Positions 14,101 through 25,795 of a DNA stretch of 34,622 nucleotides are shown here, piece by piece. A program made the translations under genes and the position numbers. The stretch's first letter is position 1. The number at the start of each line of letters is the position of its first letter. This DNA comes from Catajapyx aquilonaris (lineage: Eukaryota): contig KZ539063.1 in assembly GCA_000934665.2 (NCBI GenBank), positions 1 to 34,622 on the forward strand. The letters are read 5' to 3'. The notes beneath the pieces are model-generated. The model searched no databases, was not told where the DNA came from, and saw nothing but the letters and a program-made list of their open reading frames with translations.

Positions 14101-17100
14101 CACGCCCAGTTCTCGATATTCTGATGCTACTGGATGTCCCATTTTTTGCCTGGATCGAGACACTTCTGGAGGAGGAAATGGTATTTTCGCACATATTTTG
14201 ATGGTCCAATACGCCAACGCGGTGATCACTATTATTTACTTCCTTATTGTGTAATGATACAGAGACTCTTTGTGGGCTTCGAGCCCAGTACACATTGCCC
14301 ATTGAAATCGCTTTACAAGCAACAACTGCTAAACAACGGCAGTTAAAAATATTTAATTGAATACCACACATTTCCCACGAAAATAATTATGTATTTCTGC
14401 CAATGAAGATGACTGGCATTTTACAGTGCACTCTGAAATGCACAGCAACACCAAGCACGCAACTGCATCATTATGATGATTTTATCCTATATAATCTGCG
14501 CGTAACTTACTTTGTAATAGTTGTGCTAATCGTTTCCTTATAGCATGCATTATGCACAAAACCTCCGCCTTTTAAGATTGCCTTAAGGAGCAGCGGCAGG
14601 ATTTTAAACACACGCAGTACTTTTTCTATTCAGGTAGGATGCCACTCTAAATTATTTTGAACTGTCTTTCACTCTACATTCACTTATTGAAAGAGCATCC
14701 ACCAGCTATGGGTGGCATTTTTCTTTCAACCTATTCAGAAAGGAATGCTTACAGAATATTTTTCTGTCATTGTTGACTAATATTACATTCAAACTGGGAG
14801 GAATTTATAGGTTGAGTCAGCTGGGAGGAAAGTGTCACTAAAAACGCTATTTCAAGTGACGTAAGAATGAAAACTTCTCACATGCAAGAGAGCTCCACTC
14901 ACACGAATTTAGAGCCCAGAGTAAACTGTGACAACCTGGCGTCAAAACTTTACAGACTAATGTTGTAAACTGTGGTAACCATAAGACCATTCTCCCCCTT
15001 TACAGTTGATTGATTGACCTCGTAATTTTTTGAGCATCCACTCACCCAATAAAAAGGACCGCTTTGAGGGCACTTGACAAGTCACGGTGAATATTACGCC
15101 AAGTCACCTACACTCTCGTGTCGCACCCACTCATTAACTCCCCCCCCCCCAACAGCAAGCAGGCATCTTATACCATCATCACAGGTTCACAGGCTGTTGC
15201 ACATCACCCGCTCAATTGCACCGGGATCATTTCGTCATCATAACTACGCTCGGAATTTACTTATCAGTAATAGCGCGCCACAGTATAAAACTGGCGCTTT
15301 GAATAGTCATTTAAACTCATACAGCCACTTAACTGCAAGCCTGCCGTAAACCCCTTAAAATGGAGTTTTCACCATGCTTCCCAATAGTTGCCTGAAAACT
15401 TGCAGCCCCAGCTAAAGACTAACCCCGCTCAACTTAATGAGTAACTTCAGCCGGCAACACAACGAGGCTTCCCTCGCTAAAAATCCATATCCGTGTTCCA
15501 GCCAAACACATTACATTGTACAAGGGGAGCTCCAACCACTGTACTCAAACCTCAGAAATTTTCTTTTTTACAGCTAGTAGGTACACCAGTCCCTCGCTTC
15601 AAAGCTGCCTTCTACTTTCCCACTCCAAGCAGAACGATTAGCTAGGGGAAGGGGGTAAAAAAGAAGTAGAAGAAAAATAAAAAAGCAGCGTGCGTGTTCC
15701 CCAACGGCCAGCCCTGCAATTATACAAGCCCGGGGAGTAGATATGGCCACCAAGGACATCCCATGCCCATCCCACAGCCCTTGCGAAATTTTCTACCTTA
15801 TGCAGGTGCCTGTACATATGTGTGCACCGGTGGAGTAGTTAATTTACACTGTATTCACCTGTCTATTATCGTAGCATAAAAAATATATCCAGCTTGTATC
15901 GCCACATTTGCAAAAAAAGAAAATGTATCGCCTGCTTAATGTTCGAGCTGGCACAATGCGAGACCTTCGACGGCACGTGCCGTATCGTGTCAACACTCGG
16001 GGCTTCCTGACATTACGTAAATAACCGACTGGTACTTCCCCAGGCCTGAGATGCAAAGATGCTGCAAAATAAGGAGGGCTCTCTGGATGTTTACACTGGA
16101 ATACCCGCTTAGGTGGGCTTCATCTACACACTATAGAGGGGGCCCCGGGATTTGGCCACGAAGCACCCAAAATGTGCGGTGACTGCAAAATTTTCCCCTT
16201 TCTTTTTTTCCCCACCAGGTAACGCCTCAACAAGCAGTAACAATTACAAGCGTGACAATTTAATGGTCGGAGCCTGGTTAACACCCATTCACTGATTTGC
16301 ATATGGAAGTGCAGAGTTAGGGAGGTGCGGTATGTACATTTTGCAATGAGCTTTTTGCCAGACGGGTGTGTGTGTGTGTTCGAGAGAAAGTAACTCGTCT
16401 GGCAGCATGCAAAAGGCACANCCCCCCCCCCCCCCCCCTTGACACGGCCATTTCGTTGGCAACCCTATTCTCATTCACTTAAAGCGTTGTTTATGCAGGT
16501 AGAAAAGCGTAATGAAATTTTGCTGGAATGTTTGCTGAAGCGCCTTTTTTTCCGACCCCGCTCAAATATTCCCAATGCATACAACCAGCTCACAATCACA
16601 TTTCATAGCTAGTCAAGCTGTTTTATATGTATGATGCCTTTTTCGCAGTCTTGGAAACAATCGGTGCAGTCGTTACGGGAGCTAGCGTACACCGTAAATA
16701 TAAACATTGGCCCGCTCGATAATATTCCTCACAAACCTATCCTGGCCCACTTAAGAGTAATGGAAGTAATGTTAAATTTACGACAATACTTAGACTGATT
16801 CTAAGCTTTAAGAAATAGTTCGGTCAAATTCAACGTAGCCAGATTTTCTATTATTTTATAACACACGTTGGTTTGAGGTTAATGGAATTCAACTAAAGGG
16901 TTATTCTTCACGAAAATCAGTACAATCCATTAAATCATTATTATACTGTAGGATTTTTAAAGGTGTTACTACAACTTCAATGTGTACACATTGCATAGAT
17001 ATACACTTGCCACACCATAATTTTAGTGACAGCCACAAAGTGAATGTACGGAGCTGAATATTTAATATTTTGGCCGCTCATACAACAAAATTACCACAGA

Positions 17101-17783
17101 TTACATTACACACTACCCAATTTAATAGCCACCTAAATAATATTTCCCCAAACTTTTATGGACTAAAACACGCTCTCCAAACTTTTAATGGAGTTTCCCA
17201 ACTATAAGAACCTTGACGTTGGCACTTCAAACGTGGGGGTGGGGGGTGTTCACAAAGAAGTCCTTTTCATGGCAGACCACAAGTTCCGACTGCCCCGATA
17301 TTTTTGTCCGGCACAGTACAAAGGACACCTCTAATACAATTCCACGTCTCTATTTTTAAACATAAGCCGTGGAGGAGGTACCCCCCTTAATCCGTCCCTC
17401 CCACATGTCATTTTCCGTAGTGCTGAAGCCCCTTTCAGCAACGGATTATTAGAGGCTGTTACGATAATTTATTCCAGTAGCAAGGCCCTTCCTGGCAGAC
17501 GAGAGCAACACTTGCCACACTGTCACATTTTAATACCGGAATGGGAAAAACCGGGAGGGGGTTCGATCCCCGTTATGGACGGCTGGCTGGGACCCAAAAG
17601 TATAGGTGGAAAAATTATTCACTCGTCCCGGGCTAAGTACTCACTGTCAGCATGGCGATAAAAATCCCATTACAAAAGTATTTGCCAGATTAAGCTCCGG
17701 AGAGATAGCGGACTCCATATGACATATTATCTGCGAGGAACATGGGGTTCTATAGATATATATCCGCTCACTTCATTATTGCG

Positions 17784-17801
17784 CTCTCTCTCTCTCTCTC
17801 T
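17784..17801. repeat. (CT)9 microsatellite
   Basis: Read directly from the sequence. Confidence 0.9.
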
Positions 17802-19570
17802 TTTATTGTGTCCAGACGAGGAAATTTGGGTCCCTTTTTTAGTCTCCTCTTATCTCGATTGTGATCCTATTTTTTTTGAGCCGCACGGAAACTATCCTCC
17901 GGGCGTTTTTTATTAAGCACCGCATGTGACATAGCACGTGTTGCGCTCTAGTTGGGCAACATGCGAGGCACCGTATAAGTGGATGAACACTCTAAAAATA
18001 GTTGAGCGAAAATTCCACACATCCAACTGCGAGCTAAATTTATTAACTCAATTTCAGCCATTTTCGTATCAAGTGCCCTCAGCTTTTGTGTGAATCCAAT
18101 TCGCACACTGCAATTATGCAATGCCGTCTAATATTATGGAGATCCTTTGAATGAAAGATTTTGCTAAAGATGTTTTTGAGTATCCTGCGCTCTAAAATAT
18201 TTCGACTCAATGTCAGTGATTTATTACACCTTTATATTGCTTCACAATGCTCAGCCCCAGCATTTTAATTTACCCCCACGTCACGGGCATACCGTTTATT
18301 AATTAATAACATGCGTGGGTCAGCACCCTTGTCGCTCCCATGATTGAAGCGGCACAGAAATTGACTCTTTCCGAACGTGATAACCTCTTCGGGCAAGGCG
18401 TCTTCAAAGGGGTCAAGGCCTGCCTTCCAAAGGCCAATACACGCATGCCAGCTAATTCACGCTGCAGAACACGTCTTTCTCCCAACACGCCAGTGCGCTG
18501 ATCCTCCCCCGGTATAAAACCCCGACAGTTTTGTTGACAAATCTGGAATGCGGTGACCCTACCTTTTTGGCCGCTACTGTACCCCCCACCCCTTCGCTGC
18601 CACCCAGCCTCCCCCTTATTTGATATTCAAAACATTCCGAAACCTGTCACGCACAATGCAGCACAGCCAACAGCATGGGTTGCCCTGTCAGCTAAATGGG
18701 ACTTATTTCTCACACGCCTCGTCCATCTCAACTCGCTACCACTTCTGATCCTCTGTCCTCTCACACCCCAACCCTCACACCCCCTTCCCTGCCCAATAAG
18801 ATTTTTTTAACGAGGTAAAAATCTGGGTTCCATACTGTCATAATATATGTGGTAGCACGTGTTACATAATCCCAATATCGCAGCTGTTCCGATCGTCCAG
18901 TCATCTGCCAATAATTGCAATATTAATTCTCTATGATAAGTAACTATTTTCTTACACAGCACTCTCAGCAATTGTCTGGCACAATTTTCCCAAACCTCGG
19001 TAACAACCGGAGCAATCACCCTTGAGCAAAAGACAGTCAACGCACACAACAGCCGTAATAGTGTCTGCTTGACAGAACCCCGTGTACATTCAAAGCAAAC
19101 AACTGGGGCTCTTACCAATCCGTAATACTGCTTCAATCGTAGCTGAACTGGCCGGTACACAGGTTTGCCTATCGATTGAGCAAACGCTCTAAACAAATGA
19201 CCACCCACGTCCCCACTTCAAACACTGAGTCAGCATGTGTCCTGAACACTTTTTTTTAACTGAAAAATGCTCCCTGATGACCATAGCGTGGTGACCCTTC
19301 TCTCTCTCTCCCATCTCTTATCACATGTCCCGAGCTCAGCATGCGAGCCACCCACCCGAAATGCGCGCCGGAAGATGACTGCGGCTACTTCCGTTTCATG
19401 CCCCGCAGAGTTGCCAAATGGCCTCTGCCACCTATGTCATTACCATGCTAAGTGCTCTACATCGCTGTAAACAAGCACTTCCTTTGTACGAGCACTCTTC
19501 CACGGCCGCTTTTTGTGCGCGCGTGTGTATGCATATTTCTGTTTCATATTAGCGAACATGCCCCCCCCCC

Positions 19571-19724
19571 NNNNNNNNNNNNNNNNNNNNNNNNNNNNNN
19601 NNNNNNNNNNNNNNNNNNNNNNNNNNNNNNNNNNNNNNNNNNNNNNNNNNNNNNNNNNNNNNNNNNNNNNNNNNNNNNNNNNNNNNNNNNNNNNNNNNNN
19701 NNNNNNNNNNNNNNNNNNNNNNNN
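19571..19724. other. Assembly gap (154 N) flanked by poly-C on both sides
   Basis: Run of Ns. The single Ns at 4031 and 16421 also abut poly-C runs. Confidence 0.98.
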
Positions 19725-22700
19725 CCCCCCCCCTTTCCTTTTTGAAACATATCAAACGGAAGGCCAGATCAGTCACCGTGTCACTCTACAAGTCAGCTGC
19801 TTTAGATAAACTCTAGGTCTAAATTCGGACGTGCAGATATGACCGCATTATCGCCGTCGCAAATTTAGGTGCCCTACATTTTCAATCCAGATGATTAGGC
19901 GTACAATCCGGTCGAGAAATGAACTGGAACGAAAATTAATTCCTGTTACCAAACCAACCGTGACGGCATATACCACATGCACTTGCCTAACAAAGTGCCC
20001 ATTCAGAAACCGGCCTGAATTGTTAATATGTATTATATCGTCGGTACACATGAAATCCACCAAGTACCTAAGTACAACAGTACTGTAGGGACAAAAAAAA
20101 GTCTCTAAATAATCGAAGGCATGTTTGACCTTGCACTTGCTTATATGCTGGTGATGACAGAAAATCCTGGCTTTCTGACTCCTTATGAATCTTTAGGATT
20201 AAATAGCCCTCACTAGGTGATAGAGCATGCTAGTGGATTTATCCTGTATGCATACAATATTCACTCAATAATTAAGTCCACATGAACCCACTGAAAGTTT
20301 TAAAACGTTCCCTCAATTGGTACTGAAACTCCAACTCAAAATATTCAAGTGCAGTTAATTTTTATATGCCCATCCACGCCAATTTCACGGCAAAATCAGC
20401 GTGTGAATTTCACATATAAATTCACCGTGCATTTCACAGCTCCAGAGAACCTCACGCTCCATACAGTATTTTCCCAACGTCAGACTCTCGCTTTAAACAT
20501 TTTAATACGCAATTGTTTGCGTCAATATCCCAACACACGTTCATAAATGAAGCATGTTCGCATCTGATCACAAGTACTGCCATTAATAATAATCCATCCT
20601 CCTCTCCTTAAGCAGGTACCGGTACGCAAAATAATCTGCCCCGGTTCTTACCCCCAGCTTGCTCCACTAGTTCCTCATCTCTCCTAACTGAATGAGCAGA
20701 AGTCGAGGAAGGCAGTCAAGCAAGCAAGCCTCTCCCCTTCCTAGAAATTTGAATATTGACCAAGTGAGCCTAGCATCTTCCGTGTGCCAGCCGGCAGAGG
20801 GAGGGAGGGATCATTATAATTTCATCGCCAAGACACACCTTGAAAATTACACCATTTATTGTCAGAAAACCGCCCGCCCACGCCACTTGCCCAAGGTGAA
20901 AGGAAGCCCTCGCCGGATCCGTTTTCTTCCCCCAGTTCCAAAAATGAAAGCGGCCCCCTTCAAGCAACAAAAACCGGTCTGGGACAACATGCGTTCCAAG
21001 TTGCATCCAAAATGTGTGTGTGTGACCTACCTGATCAGATGCCGAACAAAGACCTGCAAACCGCTTTAAATATGACGCATGTTATTGCAACATTGTCAGG
21101 TATACTGTACATGGCTCCGGGTGATTAAACATATCGCGGAGATAAAACATATAGATCAGCACCACAAACAATCCAGCCCCTATTAAGGTTGTCTGCTGAT
21201 TACAAGCCCCTGATACAACCCCGTGCCATCAATGTATACAGTGATACTAAATACTTAACAAGCCTCTGCCACGTCCAAAGTTTACATTACTCGTGCAGCA
21301 AATGCGCTGCAGGCAGGCCCCCCCTACTTCAAATTCGCGCGACTAATTTTTTGGAAGCGCATAATCAGCCTGCCTATAAATTAAACCCCCCCATCCCTGC
21401 AGACAGCTCGAGCATTTCCGCTGCTTTGTAAGAAAAATAGTTGGCCGCACCAGCATTTGTCAAACTATCATCCATCCTGGGTTAATAATGCTGCACAACC
21501 TCCCAACAACACAGGAGGCTACTGTGGCAACTACCAGGCTTTTTGGGAACTATGCCAACGCACCCAACCGACATCCCTAGACAACCAACTTGAAAATGTT
21601 TCCTAGCGGTTCCCTTCCAGACACACATACACACACTTTAAAAAAAGAAGGGAGGAAAAAAAATGTAGGGCTGGCATTCCATTACTTCTTGGCAAGATTA
21701 GTGACCGGGATCTAACTCACCCAATCCGCAAATTCAGCGGTGGCAAAATGCATTCCGAAGATGTGTAAAGTGTCTCTTTAAGGATGATCAACAGCCCCAC
21801 TATTCACTTATGGGATTATCCACATATTTTCCCCCCTTTCCAAATATACCCCCCAAAAAATCCGGTCACTTTGTATACACTTCCATTCATTACTTTTTCC
21901 TTGCGAGAAAACCGCAACTTCTTACAGTACAGTCAGCTGTGCTTAAACCCCTCTGGGCGTACTTGTTGACTTTTCTGCGCCACTTTCTTTGCGAGGAAGA
22001 TTTTCCCCTTTTTATCTCTTCTCCAAGAACCACCCGAAGCCCCTTGCAAACAGCCATAAAGGTCAGCTTTCGCATTATCGTTGTTTTGCATATCGAGTTA
22101 CAATGAGTTTCCTTGACAAGTTTCCTTGACAAGTATGCTCCCCGGAAATACTACGCCCGGGTCTCATGTGTCACATACTCAAGGTTTCTGGTCTTGTAGG
22201 TCGTTTGGCAGCGTAAATAACTCATTCACAAGAGCACGTTATTGCCTCGGCTACATTTAATGGGCTACAGATAATGTTGCTTTCCCCACTATGCTCATGC
22301 CTCGGCACTGCAATTTCTCTGCTGGCTTACACACATGGCTTCTAAACGTGTACCAAAACAGGGGGGGCGTCTTAAATTATAGATAGACCCAAAAGCATTT
22401 CCGCGAATTTCATCAATGGGTTCAGAGAAGCTTGTGCAGCGGTAGAGGACATGCAGAAGTGAATCAGATTGAGGCTTGATGAAATATTCAGGAGCAGTGG
22501 ATATTTAATTTTTCATGCTGGGCTATCCCAGCACATATTCCATGGCACAAAGGCCATGATGTAGACAACTTATCGCAGGTAGTTTAATAAATAATACCTC
22601 GTTGATAAATTAAGCATCATTGAATGAGAAATTGTACTTGCAGCACAGCTGCCATGCTAGTCTGTCTGTTCATCAGCCGCTCCAGACCTAGTGTTATGCA

Positions 22701-24124
22701 TTGATATCAGCAAACAATGGGTGCACACCTTCCAAGTGCATGTGCAATGTCATGCGATTTGATGGGAATGTAGTGGCAATGTACAAATAATAGGGTCCTC
22801 ATTCATCGTGACACATCCAAACTGTCTACATGTATGCTGAACTGAACGGCCACCATCTGATGGATAAAATAAATTTTTACAATATTCACCTGTGGCCTCA
22901 AAATCAATCTTATTGCATTATGAAAATTAACTGGCCTAGTTATCCATCCCTAACAGTGCTGCATCACATAGCAACAGCAATTATTTGCCCAGCTGGCCAC
23001 ATTCCTCCCTGCAACATCCACCATGCCATCTAATGAAGGTGGTCCAGTACAGCATCAGTGCACCCATAACATATCCTGAATCACAGCGGTCACAACAAAA
23101 AATTAATCAATATCATTTGCCTGGACTGCATAACAAAACCATTTAAAGCAACAACATAATTACTGCTAAATGATTTCCACTCCCCTTGTTATTAGAACGT
23201 TAAATCAATATTGCATACAGCCAAATTACAACTATACCAAAGCATTCATCGCATCATATTTGTTAAAGCAAATGTTGCTGCTTAAAGGAAAATGATCCGC
23301 ATTGGCAAGTCTTTGTGTTTGACCCATATTGTCTGTCTCATACAACGCCATAGCAACCGGGACTGTGCCGGCTTACACCATTTCCTCCGAAGACATGTCA
23401 GCTGCTCCACCATTCTCATCTAATTGGTGTCGCTCTTATTGCAATAGGCACTGACAAACTTGTAAGCAAACCCAGATGATATTAGTCCCAATAAATTTCC
23501 ATTCACCTGCAATGTTTACATTCCAGCAACTGTCGGAATCCCTTGCTTGTGTGTCGCTCCATCCCATTCAAATTCCTAATGCCTTTCAAATCATCATGAT
23601 ACTGCTACACCAAGTCAGTCAAAACAAATTATTAAAGGCCATTGCCATTGCCACTCCGCATACCTCCGTGCGGCTTACTGTTAGCAACTATATTTACTAC
23701 ACTGTGCTCAGGGATCATCCAAACATATAGAATAACATGCACCGGCAATTTAAAATAAGCTGCAGGTTACTGCGACCAACCAGTATGTTATCCTGTTATA
23801 ATTTACACTGCGTTCAGTCGCAATCCAAGTTTACAGGCTAACATGCACCTTGAGCCCTCACTGCACTGGCAGTTAGTGCCATCAACCTGTACGTTACATT
23901 GCACGTACAGCATCCAACTTTTTAATTTACTGGTTGCTGTAAGGTCGCAGCTTAGTGAGTCGGTTGCATTCAGCCCGCATTAGTCTAAGTAATAACATGT
24001 CAATGGTTGTGCGCTCATACTGGATCGTACCTTCCACGTTTAAATGATACGCAATGCGTACGCACTAGCAAGTGTCGCAACCCTCCCAATAATTCATGAC
24101 CTACTCAGCGCACAGCTGGGCATA

Positions 24125-24345
24125 CCCCCACCCTACCCCAGACCCCAGGGCAGCCTGCCCCTCCTCCAACCCCATCCCTGCCCCTTGAAACTGGTCCTTT
24201 TCAGTGCCCCCCCCACTCCCTTCCTCTCACCTAGGCCTAGCTAGGCCTAGTCCCTACCAACCCTCCTCTGCCCCTAGCCCTGCCCCTGATCCGCCCCCGC
24301 CCCTGGTCTCTTCCTGCCCAGTTCACCGACCCACCCAAACCCCCT
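24125..24345 (-). other. G-run cluster (G-quadruplex motifs) on the sense strand near the start of the intron
   Basis: Plus-strand C-runs give minus-strand motifs with four or more G3+ runs at 24125-24146 (GGGGTCTGGGGTAGGGTGGGGG), 24158-24184 and 24271-24303. Confidence 0.7.
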
Positions 24346-24530
24346 GCTCTATTCCAAAAAAAAAAGATGATAGTCCCCCCCACTTACTATAGGAAGAATG
24401 GATGGGGGGGAAGGGGGGAGAGGGGGGGTGTCTTTTACAAGGTTGGAAGCAGCCATTTTCGAATCCCACTCCAGACGCGCCACAATGGGCCGGGGTAAGG
24501 GCAAGGCACAGGTTCTGCCCCGGGGCGGCG

Positions 24531-24539
24531 ACTTACCTG
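24531..24539 (-). other. 5' splice donor of the first coding exon (CAG|GTAAGT)
   Basis: Plus-strand ACTTACCTG is a perfect U1 consensus on the minus strand and falls exactly where family similarity ends. Confidence 0.9.
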
Positions 24540-24791
24540 GAGGTCGTCGTATGTCTTGAAGGCGAGTATGGCGAACCCGTCCACAATGTCCTCTTCGAAT
24601 CCCATGAACTCTTTGCTCCTCCTTCTCCTGTTGGGCGGCCTGCTCGGCTTGTCCCGCACCGGGCTTTCGTCCTCCTCTTCCTCCGCACTGGCCGCATTGT
24701 TGTTCCGACCCTGCTCCTGCCTCTGGGCCTGCATCCGCTGTGCCCTCTCCCTCCGACGGCGGTTCCGAGGCCTCCTACTGGCCTCCTCCAT
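24537..24791 (-). CDS. tay: First coding exon (partial CDS, 85 codons) of an AUTS2/FBRSL1-family nuclear protein, arthropod tay bridge-like
   Basis: Translation: MEEASRRPRNRRRRERAQRMQAQR...DESPVRDKPSRPPNRRRRSKEFMGFEEDIVDGFAILAFKTYDDLQ. The EEDI(I/V)DGFA motif is the conserved N-terminal block of AUTS2/FBRSL1/Tay, and RRRERAQRM...FAILAFKTY resembles arthropod members (recalled, not searched). The ATG is at 24791-24789 with an in-frame TAG at 24812-24810 upstream, so the ORF-track start at 24803 (GTG) is not used. The exon ends at a phase-0 CAG|GTAAGT donor. Confidence 0.9.
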
Positions 24792-25350
24792 CGGAACCGA
24801 CACCAGACACTATATCCACCACTGTTACACGTGCACACTCTATATAGAACTAACAATAATTTTTTCTCTCTCTCTCTCCCTCTCAAAAAATCACAGGTCA
24901 CACACTTGTACCAACTTCTTCCCTCCACCACACACACACATTATTATGTACGTGAGGGGCGGGCCTTGTAGCCAGCCAGCAACACACTCTCCTCTCTCGG
25001 CTCCTATGCTGACTAGCCTCGCGCTTGCTTGCTTGCAGCGGCGGCGGGCGGTATTTCGGCTAGGGGGAAACCGGGAGTTGGGTGGGGGGGGGACTGTGGA
25101 GTCAGAGAGAGGGGGGCTCCTCTCCCCTATACCCCCCCTCTCTCCACTACAACCCAACCCCACACACACACTATACACAGAGAGAGAGAGTTCCCCCCTG
25201 ATCACTACACGGAAGATAGTTTCAAAGCACATGTACTCCACAGCTGTTCTCTTACCGCACACTACTAGCGCTCTTTTTTTGTGTAGGAGAGAGAGAGAGA
25301 GAGCCTTGCGTTTGCGTAACTCTTGCAGAGAGCTCCTCTCTATATAATGT
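24792..25350 (-). promoter_or_regulatory. Putative 5' leader and proximal promoter of the tay/AUTS2-like gene
   Basis: Directly upstream of the ATG. It has dense GA/CT tracts (about 24866-24884, 25104-25110, 25180-25190, 25287-25303) matching GAGA-factor motifs, and TATATAGAG on the minus strand at 25346-25338 and again at 24846-24838. The TSS cannot be fixed from sequence, and an upstream non-coding exon is possible. Confidence 0.45.
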
Positions 25351-25575
25351 TTTGGAAGAGCGAACGGTGGTGAATGAGCTGATGACGCTTGCTGGATGAT
25401 CAAAGATTCCCGAGTAAGGTTGAATTATGGATGCTGGGTTGATTACTTATACATGGGGGAGGGCTACTATTTTGTTGCTGGACGTGTGGTGTCCAGGTGG
25501 GTGTGTGTGGGGGGCAATGGCACACTTTGGCTTAATGCGGTGGGTGGATGTCGCAAGGTTCGTTCATTCATTCAT

Positions 25576-25705
25576 TTTATTTATTTATAGAGGGAAGACT
25601 GGTCGTATTCGTATCATTGGCTAAGTTCTATGTACTAAATGGTGACTGTCATCACGACTCAACACTTCAAACTTATGAGTTATTATTATCATCATCATCA
25701 TCATT

Positions 25706-25795
<90 letters not shown>

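Larger units (their letters stand above)
1..24536 (-). other. Long intron following the first coding exon (at least 24.5 kb, runs off the window)
   Basis: Starts with GTAAGT. No ORF or exon with AUTS2/Tay-like composition is recognised further along the minus strand. Small or alternative exons cannot be excluded by eye. Confidence 0.7.

Noticed and set aside
16356..16404. 12-bp inverted repeat around a (GT)n tract
   Set aside because: Short, and its mismatch is unfavourable on the transcribed strand; plausible by chance.
17556..17572. tRNA B-box-like GGTTCGATCCC
   Set aside because: No A-box or cloverleaf nearby.
9926..18715. Scattered Su(H) (TTCYCACR), CAGGTAG and octamer motifs
   Set aside because: Counts are near chance expectation for 35 kb and are not clustered.
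22106..22134. 13-bp tandem duplication AGTTTCCTTGACA x2 (similar short repeat at 17148-17192)
   Set aside because: Ordinary slippage-type micro-duplication.
1..24380. Canonical recursive splice sites (polyY-CAG|GTAAGT) in the long intron
   Set aside because: AGGT candidates inspected by eye (for example near 5600 and 23507) lack a good pyrimidine tract. A computational scan could still find some.
24435..24803. 122-aa ORF as a complete single-exon gene
   Set aside because: It starts at GTG in the track. Family similarity stops at the perfect donor at 24537, so the last 33 codons are intron read-through.
24402..25347. 189-aa and 263-aa plus-strand ORFs
   Set aside because: They are antisense shadows of a GC-rich exon and low-complexity leader, with no recognisable domain.
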